A stretch of DNA of 64,000 nucleotides, from the NCBI GenBank assembly GCA_048940645.1, contig JBHLOI010000012.1, positions 1 to 64,000 of the forward strand, given 5' to 3'. Both the position numbers and the translations under genes were made by a program. This stretch comes from Promethearchaeota archaeon. GTDB taxonomy: Archaea; Asgardarchaeota; Lokiarchaeia; Sigyniarchaeales; SOKP01. The notes under the pieces were generated by a model that did no database searches, was not told where the DNA came from, and saw only the letters and a list, made by a program, of their open reading frames with translations. This document shows, piece by piece, positions 59,421-64,000 of the stretch. Every line of letters starts with the position of its first letter. Within the stretch, counting starts at the first letter, position 1.

Positions 59421-61607
59421 ATGTCATTAAAGCTTAAAGATCAGATTTATTTTCAAGAAAGAGAAAACCTTGAAGGTAAAAAAGAAGTTATTCTAACTTT
59501 AAATTGTACTAAATGTACGAACTTAAATTTACAGAAATTCATTAATGAAATATGTCTTTCATGCTTTTTAAAAACCTTATACTTATTTAGAAACAAAAAA
59601 TTTGACTATATCTCTTTCGATAGCGACAATAATGAAATTAATTCTCATAAATGCCTTCCATTATTAAATTACTTTAAACACTTGGAAAGAGCTAAAAGTA
59701 TTTTACATAAAATAGGAAGATTGAGGGAAAAAAAATGCGTATACAAAGGATTTCAATGCAAAGTATTTAATCATGAATTTTTTAATAATTCAATAAGTGA
59801 AGATAAATATAATAATCCAATTTTTCTATATGGCCTTATTAGATATAGAATAAAATACTTTAAAACAGATTTAATATATGACTCTGTATGTAATAAATGT
59901 GTAAAATCCCATGAATTCTTATATAAATCACTTTTAAAATATTTAAAAGAATTTCAACTCATTAAAGATTATATCAATTACCAGAAAGAAAATAAATTCT
60001 CTGAAAATAATTCAAATTTTTATAAAAACTATTTTTCTAGATTTCAATTAGATTTAATTCAACCAAAATCTTCCAAAGATATACAATTCATTAATAATCG
60101 GAATCTTATAGAAGTATACAAAGTCGGGAAAAATGACTTATTTAAAGTTCTGATTTATAAAATTCCTAATGAATTTGAGAGCTTTTATGATGTACAATTT
60201 CCTTTTAAATCAGAAACAGAACAGATATATTTTTCGAAAGTTATAAGTGATGTAGAAAAAAATTTAGACCTCCTTAAGATAGATAGAATAATTTCCTTAG
60301 AAAATTTGATTAAGTTATATAAAATTGAGGCATTACGATATATAAATCTAAAATATAAATTTACTCAAAATAAAACGAGAAAAATTGCATTTTTAGCAGC
60401 ACTTCAAAAGTTAAACCTACAAAAACTATTTCCTCTGTTATTAGACGATAATATTGAAGAAATTTTTTTAGATTCCCCAAATGATAAGCTATATCTCAAC
60501 CATCAAAAGTATGGACGTTGTAGAACAGATAAGAAATTCACTGTAAAAGAAATAGATAGAATTAAAACATTATTAAGAATATATAGTGGTAAAACTGTAG
60601 ATTATGTAAACCCAAGTATAAAACTAGTCTTAAAGAATAAATATTTTTATTGTAGGTTTGCTATTGATACTGAGCCTATTAATTTAAATAAATTTTCTTT
60701 AGATATTAGGAAATTAAATAAAAATATTTTTACAATTCAAGATTTATTAAAAAGTAAAACATTAAACCCTATTATGGCTGCTTATTTATATTTTAACATC
60801 TTAAGAAGAGGCAATATTACTGTTACTGGTGAAACTAACACTGGAAAAACAACCCTTATAAATGCTTTAGATTTACTTGTCCCTAAGGAATTTAGAAAAC
60901 TGTATGTTGAATCATTAACCGAATCATTAAATCAGTCAAAATTTGAAAGGCACCAGTTAAAATACAAAGTAGATCCCTTAGAAGCCTTCAGCAAACAGAG
61001 ATTTTCTAAGCAAAACCAGATTAAGAAGCTATTACATCGGACTCCAGATATTATATACTTAGGAGAAATTCTTGCAAAAGAAGAAGCCGAAGCAATGTTT
61101 CATTGCTTAGCCGCGGGATTAAGAGGGTTCCAAACGATCCATTCAAATAATCTTGAATCATTGATAAATAGATTATTGTATCATTTTGAAATAAATATAT
61201 CCTGTTTGAGGGATCTAGATATCATAATTTTAATGAATAAAACACGTGAAAAAAGAAAAATCATATCCCTTTCAGAAATTAATCATGATATTAAACAATC
61301 AAAAGGTATTTATCGGCATATATTTGAATATAATCCTGACTCAGATAAGTGGAATTTATTGACTGATCTATTTAATACAAATTCGATTAAAAAAATGAGA
61401 AAAATTGAACCTATTAATGAAAAAGAATTTTATATGTATATTCAAATTTATGAAGATATATTCGACTTTTTGCTCAGATATCATAAAATCTCCTTAGAAG
61501 ATTTAATCACCCTTTTTGATAAAATTTCTTACTTCTCAATTATATCATTAAAAGAGCTTGAAAATTTCTGGTTTTCATGGAAGCACTGTTGTAGTTTAAA
61601 TTCTTAA
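59421..61607 (+). CDS. Type II/IV secretion (TadA/CpaF/VirB11-like) pilus assembly ATPase with Cys-rich N-terminal extension
   Basis: PLLLDDNIEEI, LDIRK, Walker A GETNTGKTT, LHRTPDIIYLGEI, QTIHS. Confidence 0.88.
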   Translation: MSLKLKDQIYFQERENLEGKKEVILTLNCTKCTNLNLQKFINEICLSCFLKTLYLFRNKKFDYISFDSDNNEINSHKCLPLLNYFKHLERAKSILHKIGRLREKKCVYKGFQCKVFNHEFFNNSISEDKYNNPIFLYGLIRYRIKYFKTDLIYDSVCNKCVKSHEFLYKSLLKYLKEFQLIKDYINYQKENKFSENNSNFYKNYFSRFQLDLIQPKSSKDIQFINNRNLIEVYKVGKNDLFKVLIYKIPNEFESFYDVQFPFKSETEQIYFSKVISDVEKNLDLLKIDRIISLENLIKLYKIEALRYINLKYKFTQNKTRKIAFLAALQKLNLQKLFPLLLDDNIEEIFLDSPNDKLYLNHQKYGRCRTDKKFTVKEIDRIKTLLRIYSGKTVDYVNPSIKLVLKNKYFYCRFAIDTEPINLNKFSLDIRKLNKNIFTIQDLLKSKTLNPIMAAYLYFNILRRGNITVTGETNTGKTTLINALDLLVPKEFRKLYVESLTESLNQSKFERHQLKYKVDPLEAFSKQRFSKQNQIKKLLHRTPDIIYLGEILAKEEAEAMFHCLAAGLRGFQTIHSNNLESLINRLLYHFEINISCLRDLDIIILMNKTREKRKIISLSEINHDIKQSKGIYRHIFEYNPDSDKWNLLTDLFNTNSIKKMRKIEPINEKEFYMYIQIYEDIFDFLLRYHKISLEDLITLFDKISYFSIISLKELENFWFSWKHCCSLNS

Positions 61608-61623
61608 TTTATAATAAAATATT

Positions 61624-62037
61624 ATGACAAATTTATTAGAAAAATCTTTATTAACCGCTTTTGGAATTTTTATATTAGTCATATTTATATCTTTAATTTT
61701 TCCCTTTTGGGATCAAATAATTAATTATAAGGGAAATCTTGAACACGATTACGAACTTTATTCAAGTGTTATTAATGAATTTGATCAAGGTATACTTTTC
61801 ATATATGAAAACCCAAATGATATTTATCAAAAAAGTATATACTATCCTGAAAAACTAAATATATCTACTGATGGTTTTTATATCAAGTATGAATATATTA
61901 TAAAGAATATACCTTCTTATAATATATATCAATATAGTCAACAGTTTTTAAGAACAGAATTTAAGGGTTTACCTTCTCAGATATATACATTGAAGATTTT
62001 ATATCAATCAGATTTAATAGAAATTCATTTATTTTAG
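61624..62037 (+). CDS. N-terminally anchored protein, possible minor pilin
   Basis: Single N-terminal hydrophobic helix; lies between the ATPase and the TadC-like gene. Confidence 0.55.
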   Translation: MTNLLEKSLLTAFGIFILVIFISLIFPFWDQIINYKGNLEHDYELYSSVINEFDQGILFIYENPNDIYQKSIYYPEKLNISTDGFYIKYEYIIKNIPSYNIYQYSQQFLRTEFKGLPSQIYTLKILYQSDLIEIHLF

Positions 62038-62043
62038 TCTTTA

Positions 62044-63576
62044 GTGATTTTTATGAATAATAATGGAAGATATATTACCTTTTGTCGTAGCTTTCATAAT
62101 TTTAAGATACCAAAAATTAAGTTTAGAGAAAATAAAGAGCATTATAAGGTTATATTTAGAACAAATTATAAAATAGAACAAGAAGATATCAATAAAGCAA
62201 CTTTCATAATATTTATAATCAGTTTTATGATTTTCTTATTACCCTCAATGATATGTTTTAATCTGCATATTATTATTATCCTCTCTTTTTCATTTATTCT
62301 ATCAATAATTTTAGCATATATTTTTAACATAAGGTTATATAAAGTCGTTTATAAAAATGAGATGAAGTTAAATGCATTACTATATTTGGTTAAAATTTAT
62401 TTTTCTATATTGCAAAAATCGCTATCTGACGATTCAGATTTAGCCTTAGTATTTATTAAATTAGTAAGAGGCTATAATCTTCCCGTCTCAAAAACTTTTG
62501 AAACTATAATAAAAAGGATTCAAGAAGGCTATAATCCCGAAGAAGAATTAGATAACTTCGTGAGCCCCTCTGAAGATTTTAACAAATATATAAAGGAATT
62601 GATTGCGGATAATTTTAAAACCCAGTTTAATTTTAATAAAAATGACACTAATTCATTAGAAAATAAATTTAAAGTTTATCTAAGGCAAATTGAAACAAGA
62701 TTAAGCATCATTTTCTTCACAGGTTTATTTACACCCTTAGGATTGGGTTTTCTAATCCTATTTAATAGAATTAATTTATATATTTTACTTATACTGATTC
62801 CATTTTTCTTTATTCTACAAAGAATATTGTATAAAAAATTTATTAAAAGTGATATCTTTTTACTAGGTTTACTAAATAATTATTCTAAAAAAGAAAAGGA
62901 AAATTTTGAAGATTTTCTCTCATTTCTTAAATCTTTCGCAATTCAATTACAAAATAATATTTCTCCCGAAAAAGCGCTTATAACTTCATATTTTTTACAT
63001 AAAGATAAATTGAGTCAAATAAATAAGGCACTCCAAAATCAAATAAATCGTCTATTAAGCTTCACTTGCTCATTTAATGAAATGATGGAATTCTTACAAT
63101 ATGAATTAAAATCGTTTCGTTATTGGGTAATTATTGATGTTATAAAAAAAATATTAATTGAAAATGCTCATGAATCTTCTGAAAAAATATTTGATCTCAT
63201 AAATTTCATCTCAAAACATAAAAAACTCGAAAAAAAGTTAGAAATAATCATAAAAGGAGAAAAATTTAAAATTTTGATATTTTTATTCCTATTACCAATA
63301 ATTATGGGCGCAATAGGAGGGATGTTTCCATTATTTGTATTAATTGCCCAGGAAACACCTCTGAATAATCCTAATGAGATTTTTATCTTAAGTTTGGTGG
63401 TATCATATGAATTTCTGACAATTTTTTTATCTTTACTAATATGTACATTAATTTCATCCTATTATTTTCTTAAAATCATAAACTATAAAAAAATCACTTC
63501 TTTAATTCTTTTCTCATGTATTTTATTTACATTAATTTTCTTCTTATCATATTTTAACGTATCAAAATTAATTTAG
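62044..63576 (+). CDS. TadB/TadC (type II secretion F-like) membrane platform protein
   Basis: Two soluble domains each followed by TM pairs; IQEGYNPEE and LQNNISPEKAL patterns; operon context. Confidence 0.7.
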   Translation: MIFMNNNGRYITFCRSFHNFKIPKIKFRENKEHYKVIFRTNYKIEQEDINKATFIIFIISFMIFLLPSMICFNLHIIIILSFSFILSIILAYIFNIRLYKVVYKNEMKLNALLYLVKIYFSILQKSLSDDSDLALVFIKLVRGYNLPVSKTFETIIKRIQEGYNPEEELDNFVSPSEDFNKYIKELIADNFKTQFNFNKNDTNSLENKFKVYLRQIETRLSIIFFTGLFTPLGLGFLILFNRINLYILLILIPFFFILQRILYKKFIKSDIFLLGLLNNYSKKEKENFEDFLSFLKSFAIQLQNNISPEKALITSYFLHKDKLSQINKALQNQINRLLSFTCSFNEMMEFLQYELKSFRYWVIIDVIKKILIENAHESSEKIFDLINFISKHKKLEKKLEIIIKGEKFKILIFLFLLPIIMGAIGGMFPLFVLIAQETPLNNPNEIFILSLVVSYEFLTIFLSLLICTLISSYYFLKIINYKKITSLILFSCILFTLIFFLSYFNVSKLI

Positions 63577-63594
63577 GCTCACTTTAGACTCCTA

Positions 63595-63894
63595 TTAACA
63601 AAAAAATAATAGGTATATGAGTTCAATAAACAGAATAAATCCGATAATATAGGTTATAATCGTTGATAAAAAAATAATACTCTTAAAAAATATCGCGCTT
63701 TCTAACATTGCTATATTAATTAAGTTTTTAAAATAATCTAATAAAAAGAGGAAAGGAATTAAAATTATTAAATAAAGCATAAATGAAATAATCGTTGTTG
63801 TAGACTCTGTTGATAGGATTGAATATATAAAAATCAGAATGAAAAGTGTCATTATTGAAAGAATTTCAATTAAAGTGAAAAATAGTTCTAACAT
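63595..63894 (-). CDS. Small membrane protein
   Basis: Three hydrophobic segments. Confidence 0.5.
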   Translation of the reverse strand: MLELFFTLIEILSIMTLFILIFIYSILSTESTTTIISFMLYLIILIPFLFLLDYFKNLINIAMLESAIFFKSIIFLSTIITYIIGFILFIELIYLLFFC

Positions 63895-64000
63895 TCTCTA
63901 AATAATTTCTGGAAAAAATTATTTAAAGCTCCTTGATAATAAATAAATACATTCAATTTATGTTAATTTCGCAGAAAATATATAAACATAAAAATAATTT

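Noticed and set aside
1-64000. CRISPR array, rRNA, RNase P RNA, transposase or integrase
   Set aside because: No regularly spaced repeats, no long GC-rich structured RNA, and no transposase or recombinase motifs were seen; the Cas4-like nuclease has no cas neighbours.

Overview
Very AT-rich archaeal chromosomal segment, most consistent with an Asgard archaeon (Lokiarchaeia/Promethearchaeota-like). This is inferred from archaeal informational genes (rpl15e, rpl3-rpl4-rpl23, TFB, Rpp30/Pop5, ABCE1, class I LysRS, arcTGT, Trm5, RqcH) together with eukaryotic-signature-type proteins (roadblock/LC7, a longin-domain NPRL2-like protein, an EMC6-like protein). There are two tRNAs (Arg-TCT, Ile-GAT). 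The most notable items are missing from the ORF track: (1) a 17-aa Trp-rich leader peptide (MATDKNISWRWQWPWRF) with alternative hairpins directly upstream of trpB2, which looks like ribosome-dependent tryptophan attenuation in an archaeon; (2) a 12-aa micro-ORF (MAKMPYGGENGG) with SD-like sequence and terminator, divergent from a 1209-aa multi-repeat regulator-like protein, inside a ~9.4-kb block that separates rpl15e from rpp30-pop5 and also carries a methanogenesis marker 16/ComF-like gene, a TPP enzyme, an SDR and an MFS transporter; (3) a candidate ORB-flanked replication origin next to RHH and wHTH genes but with no adjacent cdc6; (4) a well-formed C/D box sRNA. Also present are an over-long SMC lacking a recognisable hinge, an ATPase-degenerate Orc1/Cdc6 paralog, a His-less gamma-CA-like protein resembling dynactin p25/p27, and a Tad/type IV pilus-like locus. 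All calls come from motif recognition by eye; no database searches were run.
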